Below are positions 9,201 through 17,292 of a DNA stretch of 64,000 nt, piece by piece (position 1 is the first letter of the stretch; each line of letters opens with the position of its first letter). Below the pieces are notes generated by a model. That model was not told where the DNA came from and did no database searches. It was given only the letters and a program-made list of their open reading frames with translations. A program made the position numbers and the translations under genes. Origin of the DNA: an uncultured Lachnospiraceae bacterium (GTDB lineage Bacteria; Bacillota; Clostridia; Eubacteriales; Anaerofustaceae); the NCBI GenBank assembly GCA_944381375.1, contig CALWKX010000036.1, positions 448 through 64,447 on the forward strand, read 5' to 3'.

Positions 9201-9433
9201 TCATCATTCCTGCTATCTACCATGAAATCCATGGGCGCAAGGATCCATATCTCACTGTCAGAGTTGGTGAAAAGGACAGCTACAAAGAAGGTCTTATCAC
9301 TTATGATGGTAAGACTGTTATCGAAGCAAATCACAGTCGCATCGGATGGTGCAGCGACCATAAGCATTTCTTCTGTTGTGCTGATGGACGCTGTGAGATG
9401 TATGTCGTAGAAGATTGCGCGGCTATGCCTTAA
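6254..9433 (+). CDS. WG-repeat (KWG-type) containing protein (1059 aa) with a ~600-aa N-terminal region of unknown function
   Basis: AGGAGG RBS, 11 nt after the upstream stop codon. The C-terminal ~440 aa (nt ~8110-9433) contains repeated units such as WGFVNESGEEVIPPQY, WGAIDKDGNEVIPFIFDEI, GLIDKEGNEILPCIYD and GMKDYDGNIIIPAIYHEI, which are typical of WG-containing repeats. Confidence 0.8.
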   Translation: MDQFTMMDILGKAFADGEIDALRPLMAADCDYASQYANKSFSGASEILSNMESVHKNIDETCAYTYKVIELESVLANGLTLADLDNQAGMHPCRYGLLLYQYGSDYPVAVVACMIDLYEKFRSIWLSRDTSKFNETFYGEELGPDSPDDLPSTVVPLTTHDRHVNEMRSSFAGQKWDKTVDTADGIYIWRKADEYAKQWLPEQGYSVLESQIFDDCIGYRCNRKGYIYTIFMYAYGQKKTSQLDGDFCSKLAKEPFAENSIILILYLNVDRYMAGTEIKYRVRNYCGSDTHSPEFWHLKEVNSSYLFEYYPRKEMIDQTWQFMYAFNREDTDIYDCIITDDNPSIEGDPKYSGAFMNSAFYGTLRTMHREYGDMKLGYVRYNDVVYSSVPYIEGLGFFSWSSFHATDRMHSMVRHPFDGGDWKVAEFIKTEQREPDDLFAYIPKLINAVPLAPVPTERFAVKLFFDNGECKKYVLPIPTESEHEEVLSYRGHVFTDNIWASVSVIPRHESRYKGYPECGPAIVFKNEFLIAGTRCYMESVPYSEPELTDEIVYADEKHQIRKIWKWNVNSLYEDGETGLLKVLISGQAFNWYGKSVFASIEGKRLTSLTFDIIDSFQEDIARVAINGHGYGFVDKDMKFVIPMKYDQADDFREGKAKVQLGDKWLCVDPNGCELEIGGRIRQDNYQEVGDYSEGMCRVSTLKLRFMDLAYHSDYDQIAGTWGFVNESGEEVIPPQYIYATDFENGIAIVAKGKWTIDPKWDNKYNQGRYWTEEELWGAIDKDGNEVIPFIFDEIKHFFDRSDMFMVHYGGWKDGHWGVVDCKGNWLAEPTFEGFSYETWKDRILFYAEDPDATGDGLPMGIYDLAQKKVLFEPQFLDVTFRDNGDMEVEVFDEELGRTIEKIIDPSGKERFKSIYSSIYTWHDPYEVVIRDKDGTRHGLIDKEGNEILPCIYDVPWNGFYHEQQRICFVENGKQGMKDYDGNIIIPAIYHEIHGRKDPYLTVRVGEKDSYKEGLITYDGKTVIEANHSRIGWCSDHKHFFCCADGRCEMYVVEDCAAMP

Positions 9434-9583
9434 GTTTATGTCGCGATAAAGGTCGAAAACGGCAGCTTTTCTGCGTTCTAAGCAAGAATCAGAGTATAGG
9501 TAATACGCAACCCCTATTTCTTTCGATTTTGCCCTTAATTAGTCTACACGCAAGAAGAAACCCGCAACTCTCCCATAAACGGC

Positions 9584-9617
9584 AAAAGGGTATGCTTTGA
9601 TGTGCATACCCTTTTTG
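9584..9617 (+). terminator. rho-independent terminator at the right edge of the GC-rich segment
   Basis: AAGGGTATGC (9586-9595), an 8-nt loop, GCATACCCTT (9604-9613), then a T-run. Confidence 0.7.
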
Positions 9618-9813
9618 TCAGCAACCCTTGCATGGCAACTGCCATAATTCTTATTTCGTAAAACCTGTTTTATGAACAGTTACCCGAAAGAAGTCTTTTT
9701 TTTAATACATATATAACTATGAACGTACTGATTTCAAATGAAATCTTATCTGAAAATACATGCGTTACTGAAAAAAATAATGTAATGATTTGAGTTGATC
9801 GCAGTGGTTATTA

Positions 9814-9841
9814 TTGACATATGTCATTAACTGCGTATAAT
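9814..9841 (+). promoter_or_regulatory. putative sigma-A promoter overlapping a 12-bp perfect palindrome
   Basis: TTGACA (9814-9819), a 16-nt spacer, then TATAAT (9836-9841). The palindrome TGACATATGTCA (9815-9826) overlaps the -35. A second TTGACATATG occurs at 9858-9867. Confidence 0.35.
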
Positions 9842-9895
9842 AATAACTGCATGGTATTTGACATATGCTATATATATTATTGCGGAGGTATTAAT

Positions 9896-10288
9896 ATGAA
9901 GGTAGCTGTAACATATGAAAATGGGAACGTATATCAGCATTTCGGACATACAGAGAATTTCAAATTTTATGAAATTGAAGAAGGTAAAGTACTATCATCT
10001 AATGTCGTAAATACTGCAGGTAGCGGCCACGGAGCGCTTGCAGGATTTTTGAAAGAAAATTCAGTAGATACTTTGATATGCGGCGGAATAGGCGCAGGCG
10101 CTCAGCAAGCATTAAGTCAGGCAGGTATAAAATATTATGCAGGTGTTCAAGGTAATGCAGATGAGGCGGTTTCAAATTTTTTGAATAACACACTTGAATA
10201 TGATCCTGACGCTGTCTGTTCACACCATGAACATCATCATGATGATTCCTGTCATTCAAATTGTCATAATGGCAAATGTTCTGAATAA
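9896..10288 (+). CDS. NifB/NifX-family (dinitrogenase Fe-Mo cofactor biosynthesis domain) protein with a His/Cys-rich tail
   Basis: MKVAVTYENGNVYQHFGHTENFKFYEI...LICGGIGAGAQ is the typical NifX/NifB-like small-protein pattern. GGAGG RBS at 9884-9888. The tail is CSHHEHHHDDSCHSNCHNGKCSE. I prefer the internal ATG at 9896 to the ORF-track start at 9821. Confidence 0.75.
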   Translation: MKVAVTYENGNVYQHFGHTENFKFYEIEEGKVLSSNVVNTAGSGHGALAGFLKENSVDTLICGGIGAGAQQALSQAGIKYYAGVQGNADEAVSNFLNNTLEYDPDAVCSHHEHHHDDSCHSNCHNGKCSE

Positions 10289-10313
10289 AAAAAGCGCTAT
10301 CGCGCTTTTTTTA
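10287..10313. terminator. bidirectional terminator between convergent genes
   Basis: AAAAAGCGC, loop TATC, GCGCTTTTT, flanked by A- and T-runs. Confidence 0.7.
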
Positions 10314-10328
10314 TATCTTGTTTTATAG

Positions 10329-11036
10329 TTAATTAATTTTAGATCTGTATTTTAAAACATATTGCTTATCGCTTTCAGAGATTCTGTACGATTCCCTGAT
10401 TTTTTGTACTGCTTTATTAAGGGTAAAGGCATCAAGGTTGTTATTATCCAAAAATTCTAATGTTTGGTTACGCTGTTTTGCAAGCGCCGTTGCAATTGCC
10501 CAAGCCTTTGCCATTTTTACATAATATCCTTCATGTTTTATATTGTTTATAATTTCGAAAGTTTTTTTTATGGAACTTTCATCTAAAAAATAGCACATCC
10601 TCATTATTATGATGAAACGAAGTATGAACTCATTTTCTGAATTCAAGTATTTATCCAAAAATGCATCAGTGATCTCTTTATTATTTCGTACATCCTTCAA
10701 TTCACATACGAATGTATCGCATAATGCCCATGTGCTTATTTTGTGTATGTGCTTTTCGGTATAACTGAGTTTTTCCTGCATGCTGCATTTTGATAAAGCT
10801 ATAACTAAGCCCTGAAGCATAATTTCTTCTGTTGAATTGTCCTTTGCTAAGTACAGAAATCCACGCCAGTCGCCTTTAATTATCTCTTTTGCTATCTTCC
10901 TCATCTCAGGTATGCGTATGCCGTATTTAGAAATGCTGCCAGGAGTAAGAGCGTCATTGAATCTTTTGTATTTTTTATCTGAAAGTTCGTTAAATTGATC
11001 CAGGACTTTTTCATAGTCCGTTTGAGTAAATACCAT
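10329..11036 (-). CDS. DNA alkylation repair protein (AlkD-like HEAT-repeat family)
   Basis: The sequence YKRFNDALTPGSISKYGIRIPEMRKIAKEI...WALCDTF...AKAWAIATALAK matches the pattern of the DNA alkylation repair enzyme family. The start is taken at MVFTQTDYEK, because the upstream extension is a low-complexity AT-rich read-through. Confidence 0.75.
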   Translation of the reverse strand: MVFTQTDYEKVLDQFNELSDKKYKRFNDALTPGSISKYGIRIPEMRKIAKEIIKGDWRGFLYLAKDNSTEEIMLQGLVIALSKCSMQEKLSYTEKHIHKISTWALCDTFVCELKDVRNNKEITDAFLDKYLNSENEFILRFIIIMRMCYFLDESSIKKTFEIINNIKHEGYYVKMAKAWAIATALAKQRNQTLEFLDNNNLDAFTLNKAVQKIRESYRISESDKQYVLKYRSKIN

Positions 11037-11252
11037 AAGCAATCCGTTTAATAAATTTATAATAATTATATAATATATTTTATTGTAACAAACAAAAAAA
11101 TAAAATTTTCGCAATTATTTTATCTGAAATGATTGATTTTACATAAGCCGTGGTTTCGGATTCGTAACGTTTGATTAATAAGTTTATTTAAATGGATATT
11201 AAGTATTGATATCAAATTTTATGGCAACAATAAAAAGAAAAAAGGAGTCTAT

Positions 11253-12509
11253 ATGAAATTTAATCCATTTAAAGAGAAGCCCGTTGATATAGAATCCACT
11301 ATTCAGGATTGGTCGAAGCTTTATGAAAAAGCATATGATAAAAATGAAGTGGATCCCTATACCAGAACACGCATAATTTTGATGAACGGCACGGAATTCG
11401 AATCCGTATGGTTTATGCATCAATTTTCGCGCAACTGCAACAATAATGATTTGCGACGGCAAATAGCTTTAGTAAGACGAATAGAACAGCAGCAACAGAA
11501 AAAAATAGGAAGCTTGAAACCTTTAGACGAATCGATATTGGAACAAACGATAGGATATGAACAGCTTGCCGTCGATTTAACAGCCGCCCTTGCTCAAATG
11601 ATGAAGGATGAATATTCAAGAAAGTCATTTGATTTTGCATTATTGGAAGATTTTGATCATTTATATCGTTATGCTGATTTGCTTGAAATGGAACATGGTA
11701 TAAAAGCGGAAAAACTTGTTGGGAAATATACCGAAATCATGCCGGCTCGTCCCACTATAGCTCACCATAGGCATCCGTTTGATTCTATAAAGCAACATAT
11801 ATGTGCTGAAAGCGCAGATCCAATGACAAAACTTGCTGTGAATATTATTACGGCTGCGGAACAGCAAACAATGAATTATTATATGAACATCGCCCCTTTT
11901 TATACTTCTGATATAGGTCGTAAGCTTTACAGCGAGATTGGTATGATCGAAGAACAGCACGTCACGCAGTACGGAAGCTTGAAAGATACGGAATGTTCGT
12001 GGCTGGAAAACCTTCTTATGCACGAGTATACAGAATGTTACCTGTATTATTCGTGTTATGAAAGTGAAACCGATGATAATGTGAGAAAAGTATGGGAATA
12101 TTCCTTAATGCAGGAAATTGCTCATTTGCATAAGGCTGCCGAACTTCTGAAAGAGTATGAAAAGAAAGAATGGCAGCTGGTGATTCCTCAAGGAGAATTT
12201 CCCAAGCCTTTGGTGCTTAAAGAAAATATTGACTACGTAAGAAATGTCATCGAAAATTCTATTACAATGACTGCTGACGGTGATGATTTTTCGGAATTAT
12301 GTGAACTGCCTGAAACAGCAAAATTTTATTCTTATCAGAATAAGGTAAACCCCAACGTTGATATAGTTGCAAGCCATCTTATTATTGATCAATATATAGA
12401 TCAAAATGGCAAGGATTACCGTTTTCAGGTCGCTGAGCATCCAATTGAGGCATTGCGAAACAGAAAATGCGATAATACTGCAATTGCAAGAGTAGTTGAT
12501 GAAAAGTAA
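11253..12509 (+). CDS. ferritin-like (di-iron carboxylate type) domain protein, 418 aa
   Basis: AAGGAG RBS. The E / ExxH / E / ExxH spacing (NGTEFES, LLEMEHG, AAEQQT, IEEQHV) suggests a four-helix-bundle di-iron site. Confidence 0.6.
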   Translation: MKFNPFKEKPVDIESTIQDWSKLYEKAYDKNEVDPYTRTRIILMNGTEFESVWFMHQFSRNCNNNDLRRQIALVRRIEQQQQKKIGSLKPLDESILEQTIGYEQLAVDLTAALAQMMKDEYSRKSFDFALLEDFDHLYRYADLLEMEHGIKAEKLVGKYTEIMPARPTIAHHRHPFDSIKQHICAESADPMTKLAVNIITAAEQQTMNYYMNIAPFYTSDIGRKLYSEIGMIEEQHVTQYGSLKDTECSWLENLLMHEYTECYLYYSCYESETDDNVRKVWEYSLMQEIAHLHKAAELLKEYEKKEWQLVIPQGEFPKPLVLKENIDYVRNVIENSITMTADGDDFSELCELPETAKFYSYQNKVNPNVDIVASHLIIDQYIDQNGKDYRFQVAEHPIEALRNRKCDNTAIARVVDEK

Positions 12510-12516
12510 TACTATA

Positions 12517-12551
12517 AAAAACAAAGCGAAAATCATTTTCGCTTTGTTTTT
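12517..12551. terminator. bidirectional terminator between convergent genes
   Basis: AAAACAAAGCGAAAA / TTTTCGCTTTGTTTT stem with flanking A- and T-runs. Confidence 0.75.
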
Positions 12552-12583
12552 ATAAGATATACGCAAGATTGTATAACAGACAG

Positions 12584-13276
12584 CTAATCTTGTTTTGAAA
12601 ATGCACTGTCGAAAAGATCAGGCCGGCGTTTTTTCGTCTCGGCAAGGCTTTGTTCATATTTATATTGCTGAATTTTAGCATGATTGCCGGAAAGAAGTAT
12701 ATCCGGCACCTTAAGGCCCATAAATTCGTATGGTCTGGTATATTGAGCATGCTCTAAAAGACCATTTTCGAATGATTCATCAGCATAGCTTTCTTCATTG
12801 CCAAGTACGCCGGGGATGTAACGGGATACTGCGTCTATAAAGCACATGGCCGCTAAATGTCCGCCCGTCAGAATATAATCTCCCATGGATAATTCATCTG
12901 TTACGCATAAATCCAATGCTCTTTGGTCTATACCTTCAAAATGCCCGCACAAAAGAATCGTTTCGCTGTATTTTATATATTCTTTTGCTATCGAAGTCGT
13001 GAAAGGCCGCCCTTTAGGTGAGAAAAATATCACAGGGATATCTTTGTTTTGCCTGACGGCGGTGATACAGTCGTAAACAGGTTGTGCCATCATTATCATA
13101 CCTGCTCCTCCTCCGTAGGGATAGTCGTCTACACAGCCGTGTTTATTCAAGGTATAATCTCTGATGTTGACACTGTTAATGCTGAGAATTCCGGATTTTA
13201 CTCCTCGCCCCACAACACCGGTTTTTGCATATTCATCTATAAGTTCTGGGTATAATGTCAAAACATTAAAAATCAT
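12584..13276 (-). CDS. trmD: tRNA (guanine37-N1)-methyltransferase
   Basis: MIFNVLTLYPELI..., YPYGGGAGMIM and ILTGGHLAA are characteristic TrmD motifs. There is a 4-nt overlap with rimM. Confidence 0.95.
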   Translation of the reverse strand: MIFNVLTLYPELIDEYAKTGVVGRGVKSGILSINSVNIRDYTLNKHGCVDDYPYGGGAGMIMMAQPVYDCITAVRQNKDIPVIFFSPKGRPFTTSIAKEYIKYSETILLCGHFEGIDQRALDLCVTDELSMGDYILTGGHLAAMCFIDAVSRYIPGVLGNEESYADESFENGLLEHAQYTRPYEFMGLKVPDILLSGNHAKIQQYKYEQSLAETKKRRPDLFDSAFSKQD

Positions 13277-13767
13277 GATTTCACGCCTTTCGACATATCC
13301 GCCTTGATATATCCCATCTCAATATTAATTTCCGATATGTTCTCATCAAGAAAAGCAAGCAGTATTGTTTCGCAGTCATTTTTGAACTCCAAAACGTCCG
13401 TATTAGCCGTGGAAAAAACATCGTTTAATTTATATATTTTTTCGGAGGAAGTATCGTATGCCTTTAATCCCTTTAGATCTTCAATAAAAAATTCATTTTC
13501 TTGAAGTTCAACGGCGTCTTCACGCCTTATTTCAATATATTTCCCTTTAAGTATTTCCGCTGCGTTTCTGTCATTTATTGTTTGAGCAGTAATCAGCACA
13601 GCATTCTTGTGTTTTCTTGCTCCGGTAATTTTGAATTCCGTTCCTTCGCATATGAAATAATTAATATCGTAAAATCTGTCAGGATCATCAGTTATCGGAA
13701 ATACTTTAATCTCTCCTTTAATGCCGTGCGCTCCTATAATTTTTCCTATGACTATATTAGGTTTCAT
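13273..13767 (-). CDS. rimM: 16S rRNA processing protein RimM
   Basis: The IVIGKIIGAHGIKGEIKVFPITDDPDRF N-terminal motif, plus its position directly upstream of trmD. Confidence 0.9.
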   Translation of the reverse strand: MKPNIVIGKIIGAHGIKGEIKVFPITDDPDRFYDINYFICEGTEFKITGARKHKNAVLITAQTINDRNAAEILKGKYIEIRREDAVELQENEFFIEDLKGLKAYDTSSEKIYKLNDVFSTANTDVLEFKNDCETILLAFLDENISEINIEMGYIKADMSKGVKS

Positions 13768-13771
13768 ATAA

Positions 13772-15103
13772 TTAATCCTTTAAAAATAATGTTCCAAGCG
13801 AGAAGCCGCCGTAATTTGACGATATTGTAGCTTTAGTGCTGGCTCTTGAATAAACTCCGGCAAATTTCCCGCGGTATACATAAAGCCCTGTCATGTTCAT
13901 ATAGCTGTCGCATATCAAATTACCGTCTTTGTCAAAACGGCAGTTTTCACTTTTGTAAGGTTCGCAAAAACTTTGCAATATATATCCGTTTTGTTTTCCG
14001 TTTTGAAGAGCTTTTTCCCATTCGCTTTGTTTAAGGTCTTTTCCGACACTTACATTTTGTGAGGCGTAAAAATCAGTGGGCTTGATTACCCATGCATTTT
14101 TATTTTGTATAATTTTCTCATCGTCAAAATCACAACTTGAAAGCCTCGTGGTATAAGGAAAATGCATTTTAATAAATTGCATTTCGTTAGAATTCATAAA
14201 AGAAAGAGTTTCATCCGTATTGATTATATTGAATAATATTTTGTTGTGCGCAATTTGTGTTCGCATGTGACCTATAATACATGTTTTGGAGTTGAGCGCT
14301 GACTGGATGAATCCTTTTGCGCTATCTGATTTTCTCATGATTTCGTCAGTTACGGCTCTTCGGTATACTGCATCTATTGCAGTATTTTTATAATAAAGCT
14401 TATCTTTTTCACAACGAAGATCTCGTATGTCCGCAATTATCGTATTGTATCCTTTTTCGATGAATTTCGATTTGAATACGTCGAATTCCTCACTGACTCC
14501 GCTTTCAAGAAAATCAACTATTGCTATAGTGGGATTATCTTCTTTATATTTATAAGTGTTATATATACTGCAGAAAGCGTCTACCCATTCATCGACCAGC
14601 GAAAAACGCAAAGCGCTTTTGTTTGCGGAAAATATTTTATATGCCGTCGAATCCATCAACCGCGAGCTTATCAGCATTTCTTCATGCATTCCGCTTGTGC
14701 CGTCAGTATTGAATTCGCAGAACTTGAATTCTCCGTTATCCTCGCTGAAAAACACATCCATGCGCATTAGCGGTATTTGACAATCATAATTTGACGGCGA
14801 TAAGATCATTTTTTCCAGATTTTCGCTGTAATCAAACAGTTTACGGTAGCTGTCGTCAATAAAATAACGTTCGATTATTTTAAGTAGTATCGAATAGCAA
14901 TTTTTAACCAGATTTTTGAATTCTTTTAAAATTTCCTGAGTATAAAATTTAGGTACAAATAGAAAGTCTGTAGCTATACGTTTGCCGTATTTTTGAGCCT
15001 CTAATTCGAAATATGCTTTTAATACATTTGATTCATGCAGAGATTTATTGTAGTTATTTTTTATTATTTGAATATATTCTTGATTTATTTCGCGCGTTTT
15101 CAT
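13772..15103 (-). CDS. glutathionylspermidine-synthase-like ATP-grasp ligase family protein (443 aa); possible second-step peptide/amide ligase
   Basis: The FCEFNTDGTSG motif resembles the EYNADTP motif of the GspS/YgiC ATP-grasp family. Its stop is 4 nt before rimM and its start is 6 nt after the upstream ligase gene. Confidence 0.5.
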   Translation of the reverse strand: MKTREINQEYIQIIKNNYNKSLHESNVLKAYFELEAQKYGKRIATDFLFVPKFYTQEILKEFKNLVKNCYSILLKIIERYFIDDSYRKLFDYSENLEKMILSPSNYDCQIPLMRMDVFFSEDNGEFKFCEFNTDGTSGMHEEMLISSRLMDSTAYKIFSANKSALRFSLVDEWVDAFCSIYNTYKYKEDNPTIAIVDFLESGVSEEFDVFKSKFIEKGYNTIIADIRDLRCEKDKLYYKNTAIDAVYRRAVTDEIMRKSDSAKGFIQSALNSKTCIIGHMRTQIAHNKILFNIINTDETLSFMNSNEMQFIKMHFPYTTRLSSCDFDDEKIIQNKNAWVIKPTDFYASQNVSVGKDLKQSEWEKALQNGKQNGYILQSFCEPYKSENCRFDKDGNLICDSYMNMTGLYVYRGKFAGVYSRASTKATISSNYGGFSLGTLFLKD

Positions 15104-15109
15104 ATCGTT

Positions 15110-16339
15110 TCACATTTCATAAATTTTTTTATGACATTTCATAGCTGATATAAATGGTTTAATATATTGAACTTCATTGCCCAACGCTGTATAAGCTCTT
15201 TGACATAGCTCGCTGCAAAATTCATATATGTTTTGTCCGAAAATAACTGCGTTTTTATCATTATTATATAATTCGTGTTTGTGTGATTTGATGTCCTTTG
15301 CAGTGCATTTTGCATACATGGTTAAATAGTGGCGTCTGTTTTCGTCGTTGTAAAATATGCCCTTAATCAAAGCCGCATATGAAAGCATATATTTTTCAGG
15401 CATAGCGTCAGCCATTCTTATTTCGATATATTTTTTTACTCTTACATCCGGGAAAAACATGCCCAATGCATATTCTATATCAGATTCTTCCATCAATGAG
15501 CTTTTAAAAATTTCACATAGTGGTATGTCGGCTGTATATTCAACTTTATTGTTCTTATGAGTCATTAAGGCAGGTTTTCTGTATAGAATCTTTGCGTAGT
15601 CTTCATATCCAAAAAACTTATTGTCCAAAGCTTCGTCAATAAGTCCGCTTCTGATTGGATCTACACTGTCCCATATTCGAGCCCTCATCATATTAAGAGG
15701 GGAAACAGAGCCTTCAAAATAAGGTGTGTTGTCACACATAAAAGCAATAACAGGAGAAAGACAGTTTGCAAGACGTATTTTCTCATAAAAATCTTTTTCA
15801 TCTGTATAATCTATCGATATTTGTGTGGAACAAGATCCTTTCATCATGTTCAAAGAAAAATTTCCTCTCTTTGACATATGTTCCGACATATATTTATATC
15901 TGAGTTTTGGTATAAGTTCAAGATCGTTTATTTTGCTTTTGGGGTGATATCCCATACTAACTATTTTCCGGCCTGCTTTTGATGCAGCTTTAATTGCGCA
16001 ATTCAAAAAATGTTCGTAATTTATTTGGATTTCTTTTAATAAAGCCGATGGAGGCAGACTTATTTCAAGCTGCGCGGCTGGTTCAAGCGATATATCTCCA
16101 TATTCTGATGATAATCCTAAAAAATTTCCGTCGATGAATATTTTTTTTGTATATTCCGATGATAACATTTCTAAAATATCGTATACGCCATTTTTTTCGC
16201 TGTAGTTAACGCTTTTGTCCGTAGCTTGATCTACAACAAAATGTTCTGCTTCGATGCCAAGTTTTAAACTACGATTTACAGCTTGACCGCTTTTTATATA
16301 TTTAGCTATATTTTTTATGTTTATTTCATTATATTCCAT
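15110..16339 (-). CDS. glutamate--cysteine ligase family protein (gamma-glutamyl ligase, 409 aa)
   Basis: LKLGIEAEHFVVD near the N-terminus and the overall length are typical of the bacterial/plant-type GCS family. Confidence 0.7.
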   Translation of the reverse strand: MEYNEINIKNIAKYIKSGQAVNRSLKLGIEAEHFVVDQATDKSVNYSEKNGVYDILEMLSSEYTKKIFIDGNFLGLSSEYGDISLEPAAQLEISLPPSALLKEIQINYEHFLNCAIKAASKAGRKIVSMGYHPKSKINDLELIPKLRYKYMSEHMSKRGNFSLNMMKGSCSTQISIDYTDEKDFYEKIRLANCLSPVIAFMCDNTPYFEGSVSPLNMMRARIWDSVDPIRSGLIDEALDNKFFGYEDYAKILYRKPALMTHKNNKVEYTADIPLCEIFKSSLMEESDIEYALGMFFPDVRVKKYIEIRMADAMPEKYMLSYAALIKGIFYNDENRRHYLTMYAKCTAKDIKSHKHELYNNDKNAVIFGQNIYEFCSELCQRAYTALGNEVQYIKPFISAMKCHKKIYEM

Positions 16340-16466
16340 GGCAGCCTCTTATTTGAAATATATGTAAATTATATCATTTCAAATCGTATTTCAAATGTTC
16401 TTAAAATTAATTTATGATTTATTGAAATCATGTTCAATAAAAAAGACGCCGGACCCGGCATCTTTT

Positions 16467-16934
16467 TTAAGTATTTTCTTGATTATCAAAGTCAAATTTT
16501 ACTCCGCGATGCTTTACTGCGTTTGAAAATACTATTTGTGTATAAGTTCTTCCGAATTTTTGCAAATCTCCTACAAAAGTATCAAGCTCCATTGTAGTTT
16601 TGAAAAGTGCTTTTATCAGCATTGAATAATTTCCCGTAACACAGTTACATTCAACAACGTTTGGTAGTTTTTCTATATAAGAATAAAATACTGATTTTTC
16701 CGCAGGCGCAACTTGGAGGGAAATAAAGCTTGTGATGTGGTAACCCATTAAATATTCATTTATTTCAGCATGATAGCCTTGTATTATATTCATTTTTTCA
16801 AGTCTGTCTATTCTTGAAGCTACAGCAGGGGGTGTTAAGTGTACTTGTTCTGCTAAATATTTAATAGAGCATCTGGCGTTCTTTTGTAAGATTTCGATTA
16901 GCTTATAATCTGTTGGTGTTAATTTGCTCATCAC
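16467..16934 (-). CDS. Lrp/AsnC family transcriptional regulator
   Basis: DYKLIEILQKNARCSIKYLAEQVHLTPPAVASRIDRLEKMNIIQGY is an AsnC-type HTH. It is followed by an RAM-like C-terminal domain. Confidence 0.9.
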   Translation of the reverse strand: MMSKLTPTDYKLIEILQKNARCSIKYLAEQVHLTPPAVASRIDRLEKMNIIQGYHAEINEYLMGYHITSFISLQVAPAEKSVFYSYIEKLPNVVECNCVTGNYSMLIKALFKTTMELDTFVGDLQKFGRTYTQIVFSNAVKHRGVKFDFDNQENT

Positions 16935-17292
16935 AATACCAGCTTTCTAAATTATTTCTTCAATTTAAGCTTTTCTTATTTTAGCAAAAAAAATGCCTAA
17001 ATCATAGAGGGAAAAATAAGTTTTAGCTTTTTTTTTAATTATAACGTATTACGGTTTATAAATTATATTTATAGTATTTTACTGATTATTATTTACAGGG
17101 ATAATACAATATTATATCATTGTCGTGACTTTAATGTATAAATGGAGCGCTGTATAAAATAAACATAAAAAAAGCTGTTTGAAATTTTCTGAAAAAATAA
17201 AATAAATTTATATTCGTTAAATACTTTTTTTTAATATTAAAATCACATTATGAGAAAAATGATTAATATAGCCAGTAAAAATAATTGTATGG

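Noticed and set aside
6761-9367. Long minus-strand ORFs (338 aa and 455 aa, plus several plus-strand off-frame ORFs) inside the WG-repeat gene.
   Set aside because: These are shadow ORFs opposite or out of frame with a 1059-aa ORF that has recognisable repeats and a strong RBS. They show no motifs or RBSs.
1-9620. Integrase, transposase, att repeats or a tRNA target that would define the GC-rich segment as a classical genomic island, prophage or ICE.
   Set aside because: None is recognisable within the window. The left boundary lies outside the window, so the mobility mechanism cannot be assessed.
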